NCBI RefSeq assembly: GCF_006345805.1
Contig: NC_043000.1
Location: forward strand, 4,898,001-4,962,000
Source of the DNA: Octopus sinensis
Taxonomy: Eukaryota
Direction of reading: 5' to 3'
Length of the DNA stretch: 64,000 bases
Under the pieces are notes generated by a model. It worked only from the letters and a program-made list of their open reading frames with translations, had not been told where the DNA came from and ran no database searches. The position numbers and the translations under genes are program-made. Below are positions 27,074-41,826 of the stretch, piece by piece. Position 1 is the stretch's first letter; every line of letters starts with the position of its first letter.

Positions 27074-28106
27074 CTAGGAGTGGAAAGAAATATAAAAAAC
27101 AAAATTAGTATGTTTGAAAGAATTATTTCATCAGTTTAGATAGAAAATAATTGAAGAATAACTTCTTAAATGTTATTAAGCATTATAAGTATTTTAAGCA
27201 TAGGCATGTGTAGTGAAGAAGTCAGCTGCCCGACAATGAAGTTTTGGGTTCAATCCTACTGAACGGCACCTCGGGTAAGTGTCTTCTATAATAGACATGA
27301 GTTGACCAAAAACTTTGCAATGGATTTGGTAGACATCGTGTGTGTATACAAATGCACACACACATACATGTACGTGTATGTGAATGTGTGTTTGTGCATG
27401 TACACGCATGCATGTGTCTGTGTGTGCATGCTAGTGTCTGCGTATTTGTTTACATCCGTGCTCTGTAAAAGTTCAAAAGTCACTACATGCAGAGTCGTTG
27501 TTGTTTCTGTCAACAAATCACCTACCTACTTGCTGCACACCACCAAAGACATGTAAAAGAAGGGATCCCTACTTGGAAAATAGGTAAGGATTAGGGACAG
27601 GAAGGGCAACCAGATATAAGCCAGGGCTTCGATAATAAATTTAACTCATGCTAGCATAGAGAAACATGTAAAATAAGCAAATGAATGAAGCATCAGTTTG
27701 AGGCAGAAAAGAAAAAATTATAGGAATTACACCATGTGTTTACCAGTTGCTGTTAATAATTATGAGTAATAATTTCTGACATTGATATGATGCCAGTGAT
27801 TAAAAAAAATAATTATGAAATATTATATTTCCAAGATCATGTTTTCTTTTAAAATATTAAATAAGTTTTGGTGGGGAACTGGAACAGAGTCGTGGATTTG
27901 TCTTTCTGAAAAGCATAGCAGTCTTTTAAGATGTTTTGCTTCATAAAATGTTTAATTTAGTACAACCCATTTGGCAAGGGTTATGTCATGCTGAAGATTT
28001 CAAATAAGGATGAAATGGCACTAATATATACTACCTCATGATTGTGAGCCCAATGCTTTAACCACCGAGCCATGCACCTTCACACACATACATATATATG
28101 TGAGTG

Positions 28107-28137
<31 letters not shown>

Positions 28138-28206
28138 ATTTATATTTATGTTTATTCATACATATACACACACACTTACATACAGACATACATATATACA
28201 CACACA

Positions 28207-28271
<65 letters not shown>

Positions 28272-28275
28272 CTCA

Positions 28276-28308
<33 letters not shown>

Positions 28309-30984
28309 AAGATAGAGACAGAGAGAGAGAGAGAGATGTGCGCGTGTGTGTGTGTTTTTGTGTGTATGCTTTGAAATAAGTCTTTATGTGTGAGATGAAT
28401 GTGATTAAGAGAAATATCACTCACTCACATATAAACATATGTGTTTGTGTATGTGCCCTTATTGTGTATGCATGAGTTAGCAGAGTATTGCACATGTTTC
28501 AATCCATGACTGTATTTCATACATTTCGCTTTGTCTACAGATACAATACTGTTTGTGCATGTGCACATCAAATGCATGCTTGCATATACAGACACATTAA
28601 TTCTAAAAATTTCTAGTTAGCTGCACAAATTAATGTTTGAGCTGTATTTATACCTGCTGTTTCCAATTTGGGTTTAATTAATCAACTTTTAAGTCAAGGT
28701 GACTGTTGTCAATGGAGTTTTGACAACACAGTAACTTCTAGACAGGGAATCCTTTGTTTGTTGAGGCTTTTCATGTATGATTGCTTTGTCTCATTTATTT
28801 ATGTATTTGTATGTTTGTTTGATTGTTTGTGTAGTCATTTAATGACTTTCTTGCTGTAAGATGTTAGAAGGCTTGCATTTAAATTTATTTATGAAACAAA
28901 ATATTTTCTGACTAATGCGCTCTTATTCCTCTTTTCGTTTGTGTTTTACTTCTTTGTCAATAATATAACGTTTAATTCAGATGCAGGAGTTTTCAGGGTT
29001 AATAAGGATGTGCATGCACACACACAGACACACGCAGACACACGCAGACACACATCTATGCATATATACATCTCTATAAATTCAAAAATATATTCACAAG
29101 CATGTATGACACACAAACACAGACATTCATATATATATATATATATATATATATGCAAAACAAAGACACTAACTCACACACATTCACATGCATGTATAAC
29201 ACAAACATACATATTCGTTTGAAGCAAACGATTCATTTGATTGCTATTCAGTCAGGTGATAATATGATTTAGATGTTTGTCACATGAACAAATACTCAAA
29301 AGTAAGAAACTCATAATAATGACAGAATAAGCAATCAAATCTGAATGAATAAATGAGCTCTACTACATTTATTTCATGTATGTGCATACATACATATGTA
29401 CATAAGTATGTATGTATTAAGCCTCCACCTTATCATCATCCTTTTAACACCTACTTTCCCATGCTTGCATGGTTTAAGCAGAATTTACTGTGGCAGATTT
29501 TCTATGACCAGATGCCCTTCCTGTTGCCAACCCTTACCTGTTTCCAAGTAAGGTAATATTTCCCCATGACCAGACAAATTTTCACAGAATATTGGAAAGG
29601 AATGACACTGCTTGAATGAAGTGACACTCCTTCATTTCTATCACACACACACACAATATATATATATGTTGGGCTTCTTTAAGTTTCTGTCTACCAAATC
29701 CACCCCACAGGGCTTTGGTCAGTCCAGGGCTATAGTAGAAGACACCCAAGGTGTCATGTAGTTGGACTGAATCCCAAACCATATAGTTGGGAAGAAGGCA
29801 TGCATACATATACATACGTACATACATACATAAATACATACATACATACGTACATACATACGTACATACATAAATACATACATACATACGTACATACATA
29901 CATAATACATACATACATACATACATACATACATACATACATACACACATATGAGCATGTCTAGATGTGCAACTATATGCATGAGAATACATACATAAAA
30001 CAAAACACACAAATCTATACACATACATATATATATATACATACATACAAAAAATATCCTGTTGATATTGTTTCCAATGAAGGAGCCTTGGATTTAGGTG
30101 AGAAACTGGCTCTTTCTCTATTGGAAAGAAATCTTGAAATAAAACTGAATAATGACATTCATACCCTCCTATTCATCCTCATATTTCATTATATACATAC
30201 CAGAAACTCAATTTTCTACATTAAACAAATATAGTCCACACATGCCAGCATAGAAAATGGATGTTAAATGATGATGATGATATAGTTTTGTAGTTGTCCT
30301 AACGTTTATATCTCAGATGTCAACCAACTCTTTCAGTTCACCATCTGGGAATTCATCTCTCAGATGATAGCCCAGCTTACTCAATAAACTGCACAAAGGT
30401 ATTATTAAGTAATTCTGTTCCAATACTCTTAATAATTGCCTTCACTTAGAGATAAAGAGGACACTGTACTCTAAATGATGTACTTGTGTTGAAAAATAGA
30501 ACATTACTGATAATTCAACCAAAAACATTGCCTATAATTGGGGTAGTAGCTCAAGTTTGTGAATTCTGTAGTCTTTTTAAATACTATTTTATATCTGCTG
30601 AAAAATATTGTACTAGTATTTTATAATTTTCACTTAATCCTATCACTGCATCCGCCAAATCCTGTTTGATAGTCTGTTTGAAGCTACACCACATTCTGTG
30701 ATTTGAACCATTTCTTCCAATAAGGATTTCTTTACAGATGACTGGCTGTAGATACTGTGCCATGAAGATTTTCTAAATCTTTCATCAGAGACATATTTTT
30801 CCCTTGCATTATTGATTACTAACTACATCTTCCAGATGAGAAAGCAGTGTTATTGTTGCTGCTGTTGTTGTTGTTGTTGTTGTTGTTGATGATGAGATCC
30901 AGGCTCATTCTAATCAAGCAGATATACAATTAAAGGTGTCTTAAACCTAGCCATCCTGTTTGTTTTGGGGGCATCTAGGATAAA

Positions 30985-31910
<926 letters not shown>

Positions 31911-33261
31911 TAGAATGCACGTTCTTTGATTTTTTTTTTTAAAGATAATGGAATGTACTTGGCAATCGAAGGAGAGGGGCTTTCTCCATCCGGTGAAGAT
32001 GCCGACGACCGCTCGGTTCAAAGTCTCCCTTGACCTCAAGTGGCCTGAACTCTTTACATGAACACCACCCTGTACATAACTCCATGTCCCCCTACATGGC
32101 CTTGCTTTTTGCTTTTTGAGCCAAAAAATTAACTAACTAACTAACTAACTAACTATTATTTCTAACAGATCAAGCAACCATTAGGGAGATGTAGAAATCC
32201 TGTTTTCAGAGATGTACTGAGTACAGTATTACTTAAGGCAAATATTAGTATTCTTTGGAGATGCAACTGGCCATCAATACAGAACGGAATTGACTCATAT
32301 GAATCTACATATTATTTACATGCAGTTAATTGTATCATTTCAGCTGTGTTTTATAACTCTTGAAACTGGAGAATGAAACTTGATACACACACACACACAT
32401 AGGCACATACACATACATACATAGACACATGTCTGTCTGTATATGTGTATATATATATATATATGTATGTATGTATAAAACTAACAAACATAATGTTTTT
32501 AAGTATTATCTGCATTTAATGTGGGAAGAGGTATTCTTGCAAACATGATTCATCTTATTTAGAAAAATAAATAAAGGAAAATGTCGTGGTTAATGCACTG
32601 AAACCCATAATTTTTGTCACTAATTTTCTAGAAGCTACCATACGTACATTGTCATATGATCTTGACAAAGAACCAAGGGGAAAAGCAAGTAGTGCATTCC
32701 CAATCAATATTTTCACTTGTACAGCTTGACCTTTTTTGCCATTCCTGAAACTCAAACGTAGATGTTTCTGTTAGCATTTGGTTTCATCTCTGAATGGTTT
32801 GTTTTATTGCTTCCTTGAATTGTCCCTGACTTGCACACAGCCCACATGTCAACTTTTTGATTGAGATGACCCTTTAAATGTATCTAAATTTAATGTTCAT
32901 GGTGTATAATAAATACTTAAAAAAATAGAAAATGCCCTGTTCCTTTTCAAAGGGGTTCTAAAACGCAGTTCATTTGTTTCTTCTATAGTCATGTTTGTGA
33001 TACTTAAAGTGACATAAGGTTTTGTGAGAGTGTGAGTCATAAATTGATTTGTGTTACTAATGATTCAGCTTTGATGGTTATTATGTTGTGTATACTGAAG
33101 TTCAATTTGTAATATATTTATCTTATAGTACCTGGTAATAATTTGCTGTATATGTGGTTCTGTGTACTTTGTATAAATGGTTGAAGCTTGATTCAAATTT
33201 GTGGTTATCATACAAAATTCATTCCTCATATTTATTGCTGTCATTATTAAATAACACATTA

Positions 33262-33920
33262 AAGCAGTGAGCTGGCAGAATCGTTAGCAAGCTGGACAAA
33301 ACGTTTAGCAGTATTTCACCCGTTGCTACATTCTGAGTTCAAATTCTGCCATGGTTGACTTTGCCTTTTATCCTTTTGCGGTCAATAAATTAGATACCAG
33401 TGAAACACTGGGGTCAATGTAATCGACTAGCACCCTACCCCAAAATTTCAGGCCTTGTGTCTTTAGTAGGAAGGATTATTAAATAAAACATTTAAGGCAG
33501 AATCGTTAGCATGCCAGGTGAAATGCCTAGTGGTATTTTATCTGCCGCTACGTTCTGAGTTCAAATTCCGCCGAGGTCGACTTTGCCTTTCATCCTTTCG
33601 GGGTCGATTAAATAAGTACCAGTTGAGCACTGGATTTGATGTAATCAGCTTATTCCCAAACCCCCAAAATTACGGGCCTTGTGCCAAAATTTGAAACCCT
33701 TATTATTAAATAAAACATTTAAGGGGGTGAGCTGGCAGAATTTTTAGTCTGCAGGGCAAAACGTTTAGTAACATTTTGTCTGTTTTTATGCTCTGAGTTC
33801 AACTTCACCTTTTACCCTTTAGGGGTCAATAAAATAAGTACCAGTTGATCACTGGGGTTGATTTTATCAAACTATCCTTTCTCCAAAATTGCTGGCCTTG
33901 AGCCAAAATTTGAAATCATT
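33262..33920 (+). mobile_element. Three head-to-tail SINE family C copies
   Basis: Each has gagttcaa, gactttgcc/cacctttt, aagtaccag and ccaaaattt motifs; separated by attattaaataaaacatttaag. Confidence 0.88.
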
Positions 33921-34532
33921 TAAAAATATAATGTGCTTAGACATTTGATCAGTCACATGACAAATAATTTTGTCTTATGTAACAAAGAAAATAAATTGCC
34001 AAGAAAATATTTGGTGTCGACCTTTAGATTCTCTCCCCTCGGTTTCAGCCAATTCATTCAAGTATGATAACTAAAAGCTGCCTATGGCTTTAAAATTTCT
34101 ATCATTTGAATTGTCTCCCTTTGTAATTGTACTTTGTAGAGTTCGACACTGATAGAGTTAAGCCTAATACCTATTAAAATATACTACCGCAGCGTTAATA
34201 AATTTGTAGCAGAAACACACTTTATTACTCAGTGCTGTGTCAGTGACAACAAAGGAGAGGCTGAGCTGTATGTGCCATTAGTGTCTGTACATGGCGACCA
34301 TGTTTATTATTCCTGTAAAACTTTGAACCCAGAACTAAGAGTGGTAGTGATGGGGGGTGTTGGGGTAAGAAGCATAATTAAAATGATTTTATAGTATTAG
34401 GATACATACTTGATTCAGCTGTAATGATAATGATGATAGTAAATGCGAATAATTAATGTCTTACTTGGTGGATATCTGCAGACTTGTAGAGGAATAAGTC
34501 TCAATACTTTACTCAGTATATTTCTATATGTA

Positions 34533-34637
34533 TGAGTGCGAAGGCTTAGTGGTTAGGGTGTTCAGCTCATAGTCATAAGGTCATGAGTTCAATTCCCAGT
34601 GATGCATTGTGTCCTTGAGCAAGACACTTTATTTCAG
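34533..34637 (+). mobile_element. SINE family A head + CORE-like body, 3'-truncated
   Basis: ggcttagtggttaggg...gtgtccttgagcaagacactttatttca. Confidence 0.75.
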
Positions 34638-35733
34638 ATTAAACATAAAACAGGTTGAATATTTGAGCCAAATATGGCTGGCTTAACTGCTAAAGAGTTA
34701 AGCAGGTGACAACTGAGGGAATAAAATTGTCAAGACTTTGCAGCTGAGTTTTGGTAAACAAAACTGTTACATAAGAATTCTTTACTGTTTCTTATAGCAA
34801 TATAAGCCATTCTTGAGTTTTAAGATGCCCAGGTGGGATTTAAGGGAAATTTCAAAGCCATTTCTGCCAGATTATAAAAGACCATGAAGAATATCCCTCA
34901 CTGGGCCCTTTCACATTTGGTTAACTAAATGAGAGAACAATAATAGTTCATGTTGAGTTATTAATACTAATTAATGATTTGAAAGTTTAGAGAGAAGAAA
35001 AGATATTATAGTTTTTGTGAGCTCAGCAGTGAAGCGGTATAAGCTGAGCTTTTGCTTTACTCAGTTTTCCATTTAAGATGTATCATACTATGTTAATGTA
35101 GTGTCATATGCACTTTTTTCATGAAAAGGAAATGAAAAAAAAAACAAACGATCATGTAATTTCCACTGTGTTGATTTCACAACAGATGCACTTTCACTGC
35201 CGACTGTACTAGTAATCTTCAAATGTCACTTTTTGTTTCAAATGTGTTAATTTTCCAAAATATTATACAGCAATTATAATAAATATGACTAACCACTTCT
35301 TTTACGATGTAACACAGAAAGAAAGTTGGAGTATTTTATCTGTGAGAAATATTTTTTACTGGGATTTCATAGCACATTATACACAAGTATGTATTATTGA
35401 TGAATAAACATGGTAATAGTTTTGTATAAATTAACATAACAGAGAAAATGTCGTTTGTGCATATGAATGTAATAAATCAGTGATATTTTGTTAGTGTTGA
35501 ATAAAGCAATATTTACGACTAGAATAAATCTCACAAGAGGCAAGACCGCATCGGAGATCATAGTTGATGGTAATGGTGGGAGTGAGGTGTATGTTGATTT
35601 GATGGTAGGAGTGAAAGCACTCATTAGGTGTAGTGAGAGGAAGCTAAGTGTACCTTAGTAGATTGTATGATATCATGTATACTTACTGTAGTGTTTGTAT
35701 GTGCATAGCTATTTCATGAGATGTCTGTGTGAT

Positions 35734-35767
<34 letters not shown>

Positions 35768-36088
35768 TATATATATTTACATACATATATATGCATATAT
35801 ACATACATATATGTACATATATACGTATATGTGCATATATATATATATATATATATGCATATATGGTTACAGGAATCACAAAATGTAAACAACATGAAAT
35901 ACGAAGACAAACTTTGGTATGCGATGCTCGAAATGAGGAGTAGATGGACAGCCAGCAACTGATGAAGGGTTGTTTTCTTTATGTTACTTATCTTGCTTTC
36001 CATTTGTTTCTCTTGTTGTTTGCATACCAAATTTTTGTCTTCGTATTTCATGTTGTTTATGTTTGGTGATGTCCTGTACCTGCATATG

Positions 36089-36175
<87 letters not shown>

Positions 36176-37100
36176 GTGTGTGTGTATACATAAGTAATTT
36201 TGCAGGAGGGAAAACTAAATTAAATAAATCCCTGTACATGACAATCAACTGCTGGGGGATTTGAACTCAGAATGTAGGTATTTTGTCTGATGCAGTTGAC
36301 TGGTATTTTATCATACCAAGAAGGATAAAAAGTAATGTTGATTTTGGCAGAATTTGAACACAGAATGTAAAGAGGTTGAACAAATACTGCAAAGCGTTTG
36401 GTTCAAAACATTCTAATGTTCTGTCATTTTAAGGCAGTAAATTTACTGCCAATTTACTGTTTTAAAAAGGCATAAATTTTAGAGAAGGAGTTAGTTAGCA
36501 GAAGTACCAAACTTCATCACTGAGAGGATAAAAGATGAAGTCAGCCTTTGTAGGATTTGAACTCACTATATAAAAAACCAAAACAAATACTGCTGAATAT
36601 TTCATGACATTCTAACCATTTGCCAGTTCATTGTTCTTATTGTTTTCTCAGCATAAATGAGCCCCCTGAGAAGCAGTTCTTATCTCCTGTTTCACAAAGA
36701 AAAGCAGATAAGAAAAGATGCTTCTCTTAGAAATGATGTAAGTCTATCAGGACATATGTTTCTCATGTGATCTGGTAGCTAATTGTGACTGTGAACAAGA
36801 TGAATTGAGAGAAAATGGACCAACATGCTCTCCTCTGAAATACACAACAAAATGCTAGTACTGGATTTGAACCAATGACCCATGTATGGATCATCATCAT
36901 ATAACATTCATGTTTCTTGCTGGTATGGGTTGGATGGTTTGATAAGACCTGATGGGTCCAATGACTGTATCATGTTCCAAAGTCTGCTTTGGCATGATTT
37001 CTACAGCCAAATACCATTCTTAGCACCAATACTAACCACTTTACAGTGTGAACTGGGTGATTTTTTTAAAGACATTAGCATCAGTGAGGTCACTACAAAG

Positions 37101-37806
37101 CTCACAAGACTAAAATCTGCTCTGACTGAATGAGGCTACAATTGAAGAGGTTGTGGCTTTATGCTTAGAGATGAGAGGTTGTATGAGAAAGTGACCAAAG
37201 CAGAAGTTTCCTCGCTGTAGAGGAGCCCATGGCTAAGAATTACACTTCAATATATTATCCGTTCACCATGGAACTCACAAGGCTTACATTCCCTTCAATT
37301 GAGTGGGGATACAGTAGAAAGAGAGACTGCAATGTGCTTGGAAATGTAGGGTCAAAATGTGAGAGAAGGGGCTAGACTTGAACAGGCTTCTTGCTGTACA
37401 GGTGCAACATGTCTAAGTGTTATATTTCAATGTTATCCATTCACTGTGGAGCTCACAAAACTAATATTCATTTTGAGTGAATGAGGCTATAGTAGAGAGA
37501 AAGAGGCTGCATTGAGCTTGGAAATATGGGGTCAAAATGTGAGAGAAGGGACTCGAATAGAATAAGTTTCTTGCAGTGGATGAGCCACATGGCTAGGTAT
37601 TATGTCTCAATATATTGTCGGTTCACATGAAGTTCACAAGACTAAAATTCCTTTTGACTGAGTGGGGCTGCAACAGAGAAAGAGGCTGCTTCATGCTTGG
37701 AAATGAGGGGTTAAAATGTGAGAGAAAGGGGGCTGGAAAAAAACAGGTTTCTTGCTGTAGAGGAGTTATGTGGCTAAGTATTATGTTCCAATGTGTTATC
37801 CATTCA
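37101..37806 (+). repeat. Degenerate tandem array, 4 units of about 173-181 bp
   Basis: Unit marker (c/t)tcacaa(g/a) at 37101, 37274, 37452, 37633; shared gcttggaaat...aaaatgtgagagaa...ttcttgc. Confidence 0.85.
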
Positions 37807-37880
37807 GCCACTTGTTCCTTTACGGTAGGTTGTGCAAATAACACAGTGATAGAAATATTTTGAGGGAAAAACATACATAC

Positions 37881-37999
37881 CAGGTTGGATAAACTCTGGA
37901 GCATATTCTTTAGCTTTCATACGTGCAATATCTGAGTCCTGACCAGCCAATGACGCAGCATGATCAGCTTGCTCTGATTTTGAACGGGCATTAGCCATT
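37881..37999 (-). CDS. JPH: Junctophilin internal exon (conserved alpha-helical region), phase 2 in / phase 1 out
   Basis: Acceptor ttttgtctttttgcag|A ATG and donor CCTG|gtatgt. Translation (R)MANARSKSEQADHAASLAGQDSDIARMKAKEYAPEFIQPG matches, by recall, the junctophilin motif after the MORN repeats (human JPH1 ...[42 protein letters not shown]). Confidence 0.88.
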
Positions 38000-38626
38000 C
38001 TGCAAAAAGACAAAACAAAAAAAAAATAGATATATATAAAAGAAAAACTCAAAAAAAAAAAAATTCTACATAATACTGAGATAACGTAGTACAATCATTA
38101 TGAAATGAGAATACTATATCACTTAGGCATAACATAGAAATAAATTTATATTTAATACAGTATGGAAGCAGTAAATATTGGTGTGGATGGAATCTGATTG
38201 GATTGGATATAGCATGAAAATTTGCAAATACAAGCCTGATATAACATAAGAAATATCCAGCAAAGAGAAATATGATATACTATGAAAGTCATAAATATAA
38301 ACTGGATATAGCATGGAATACAGTAAATATTAGCAAGATGGGCAACAGAGGTTTGTATATGTAAATGAGATAATATCGAGGAAAGTAAGTAAATATAATT
38401 ATATAGTCTAGGCATGGAAACCAAGGATTGTATGCGTACACACATGTATACATATGTGTAAGTGTGTGGATGTATATATATATATATGCATGCATATACA
38501 ATTATATGCTGATATATATATATATATATATATGCATGCATATACAATTATATGCTGATATACATATATATATATATATATATACATTGAATATATATAC
38601 ATTATAAATATATATCTATACAAATA

Positions 38627-38658
<32 letters not shown>

Positions 38659-38668
38659 AAATAAATGC

Positions 38669-38896
38669 TTCCTTCTTGAGCCATGTCAGGCTAGTTTCAA
38701 TGGTGTAGATATTCCCCACCTGGATGGGACGCCAGTCCTTCGCAGGATTACTTACTTTTACCAGCTGAGTGGACAGGAGCAATGTGAAGTGAAGTGTTTT
38801 GCCCAAGAACACAATGCACCACTCAGTCCAGGAATTGAACCCACAATCTTATGATCATGAATCCAACACCCTAACCACTAAGCCACATGACTCTAC
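38669..38896 (-). mobile_element. SINE family A (head + CORE-like body + tail T3)
   Basis: ccctaaccactaagccac head, ccagctgagtggacaggagc body, cccacctggatgggac tail. Confidence 0.8.
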
Positions 38897-38918
38897 TATG
38901 TATATATATATATATATG

Positions 38919-39563
38919 GGGCAGTATGATATGCTTGAGAAGACCTGTTGAGTCAAATAAAACCAATATCATAGCTGTGGCCAGTGCCCCGTGACTGGAT
39001 CCTGTGCTGGTGGCATGTAAAAAGCACCATCCGAATGTGGTTGATGCCAGGTCCGCCTGACTGGCTCCTGTGTTGGTGGTGTGTAAAAATTACCATCCGA
39101 ACGTGGCCGATGCCAGCACCACTTGACTGGCTCTTGTGCTGGTGGCATGTAAAAAGCACTATCCAATCATGATCGATGCTAGGACTGGCTGATTGGCCCC
39201 TTTTCCAGTGGCACATAAAAAGCATCATCCAATTGTGGCCAATGCGAGTACCCCCTGACTGGCTCCTGTGTTGGTAGTACATAAAAAGCACCATCTGAAC
39301 ATGGCCAATGCCAGTACCTCGTGCTGGTGGCACATAAAATGCACTATCCGAATGTGATCGATGCCAGGTCTGCCTGAGTGGCACATAAAAAGCACCCACT
39401 ACACTCTTGGAGTGGTTGGCATTAGGAAGGTCATCCACCTGTAGAAACATTGCCAGATCAGATTGGAGCCTGGTGCAGCCGCTGGCTCTCAAGACCTCAG
39501 TCAAACCGACCCCACCATGCCAGCATGGAAAATGGACATTAAATGATGATGATGATGATGATG
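38919..39563 (+). mobile_element. Family D element with about 6 internal 58-74 bp tandem units and (ATG)n tail
   Basis: Repeated ctggctcctgtgctggtggcatgtaaaaagcaccatcc units; ends ggacattaaatgatgatgatg. Confidence 0.85.
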
Positions 39564-40220
39564 ATATATATATATTGCTTATATATATATATATCTGCTT
39601 TCTTTTATTTTCTTGGCCATATTTGCATATACGCATACACACACACACACATACATATATACATACATACATACATACATACATACATACATACATACAT
39701 ACATACACACACACACATACGTACATACATACATACACACATACACATACATACATACATACATACATACATACATACATACATACATACATACACTCAC
39801 ACATGCACACAAACACACATATATACATATATAAAGATGTAGGAAACACTTGGATAGAATAAAAAAAAGTCAGTTATAAAATATTGGTTTATGGATGTAA
39901 ATTCATCTTTGGAAAATAAAATCAGAATATATTTAAGAAAAAAAAATTAATAAAAATAAAAATCTAGGAGCAACAAAACAAAAAATAAAAAAAAATATAT
40001 TGATAATAATGATATGTTAATACAATAGAAATATTGTTCCATCCTGATTTTGCAGAGAATAAAAGCAGGGATCAATAAACTTCTTGTACTGATTACCTTG
40101 TTGGTTGAATAGTCAAATATGATTATCTCGTCTTTAGGAAGGAGAACGAATTTCTCAACCACCACCACCAACACCACCAGTAGCAGTATCATCATCCTCA
40201 CCCTATGCTACCACAACTCC

Positions 40221-40254
<34 letters not shown>

Positions 40255-40776
40255 CATGACAACAGCAACAAGCATTACTACCACTGCTAATAACACTGTC
40301 ATTACTACCAAAACTTCCATCGCCACCACCACCACCACTACCACCACCACCCACCCTTACTCCCATCAATCACCCCTCCATCATGACCATCACCACCCTT
40401 GACACCACCACCACCACCACCAGTCTAACTAACACCATCACCACAACCATCACTGCCAGTTTTATCATCACCATTGCCATCATTTGCACAAGATGTTATT
40501 AACATGTTAATTATTTCTGACCTGTTTAACATTAACGAATGGTAATTAAGAAATGTAAAAAAGAAAATACTATCCTCATTAATACTGATTATACAACAAC
40601 TATTCCTTCTGTTCACAACAGCAACAGCATTTTCTTAATAGTCAATCACCAAGTCTGCTATGGTTCATGCAATTCCTGCATGACACATCCTTAATGCGAT
40701 TGTGAGACATGCAAGAAATAGCAGTCAAATTTCCTTGAAATCACTTCTTAATGTTTTAGATAAGGAAGGGAAATAT

Positions 40777-41160
40777 TGCATCTTTTATCTTTTACTTGTT
40801 TCAGTCATTAGACTGTGGCCATGCTGGGGCGCCACCTTAATCAATTTTTAGTTGAATGAATCAACCCCAGGACTTATTCTTATGTTAAGCCTGGTGCTTA
40901 TTCCATCGGTCCCTTTTGCCAAACTGCTAAGTTATGGGGATGTAGACACACCAGCACCTGTTGTCAAGTGGTGGTGAAGGATAACACAGACACAAAGATA
41001 CATGACGAGCTTCTTTCAGCTTCCATCTACCGAATCCACTTACAAGGCTTTAGTTGGCCTGAGGCTATAGTAGAAGACACTTGCCCAGGGTGCCATGCAG
41101 TGAGACTGAACCCAGAACCATGTGGTTGAGAAGCAAACTTCTTACCACACAGCCACCCCT
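40777..41160 (-). mobile_element. SINE family B, full length
   Basis: tcttttacttgtttcagtc tail through cttaccacacagccac head. Confidence 0.85.
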
Positions 41161-41684
41161 GTACCTGTGTCATGATTTTTGTCCAACCACTTAATTTAAG
41201 AGTTAAGTCTGTGCCCATGGCTTCTAAGATGGGTGGGAGGTATAAGTCAAACTAGTAACTTGACCAGAATTCTTGGAGCGGAGCCGACATTGCTAACTGC
41301 ATCCAAGGTGTCAGGTGTTGGTACTAAGCCAGGAGATGCATTAAGTCATGCAGCCAGATTTTAAAATTGCGTGATGGATTAAATCTAATATGCAGGTGTT
41401 AAAGCCAAGCGAAGACAGCCTTTCTTGATAAGTGTTACGGAACTTCTCTCTTAACATGAAACCAATGGTAGCCTTTACCCATAAATAAAGAATTTTTATC
41501 TACTTATGTGATGTTGAGCACTTATTTTCATTATTCAATATTAACATTGTTAGGAAGGGCATCCAGCTGTAGAAACTTTACCAGATCAGACTGGAGCCTG
41601 GTGCAGCCTTCTGGCTCGCCAGTCCTCAGTCAAACTATCCAACCCATGCCAGCATGGAAAACGGACGTTAAACGGTGATGATTA

Positions 41685-41723
<39 letters not shown>

Positions 41724-41786
41724 CGGTGCTCCAGCATGGCCGCAATCAAATGACTGAAACAAGTAAACGAGTATATAAATACACTC

Positions 41787-41826
<40 letters not shown>

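Noticed and set aside
32644-32744. Possible 101-nt cassette exon (tttcag|GAATGG...GTAC|gtatgg) between the two JPH exons
   Set aside because: In the JPH phase it stops after 9 codons (GMAKKVKLYK*), has no JPH similarity, and has only moderate splice sites; such matches are expected by chance in 10 kb.
38953-39849. 298-aa ORF with repeated VLFTCHQ units
   Set aside because: Antisense reading of a family D SINE array plus (TACA)n.
39947-40201. EKFVLLPKDEIIIFDYSTNK|gtaatc as a JPH exon
   Set aside because: No acceptor, begins inside an (ACT/ACC)n repeat, and has no similarity to junctophilin.
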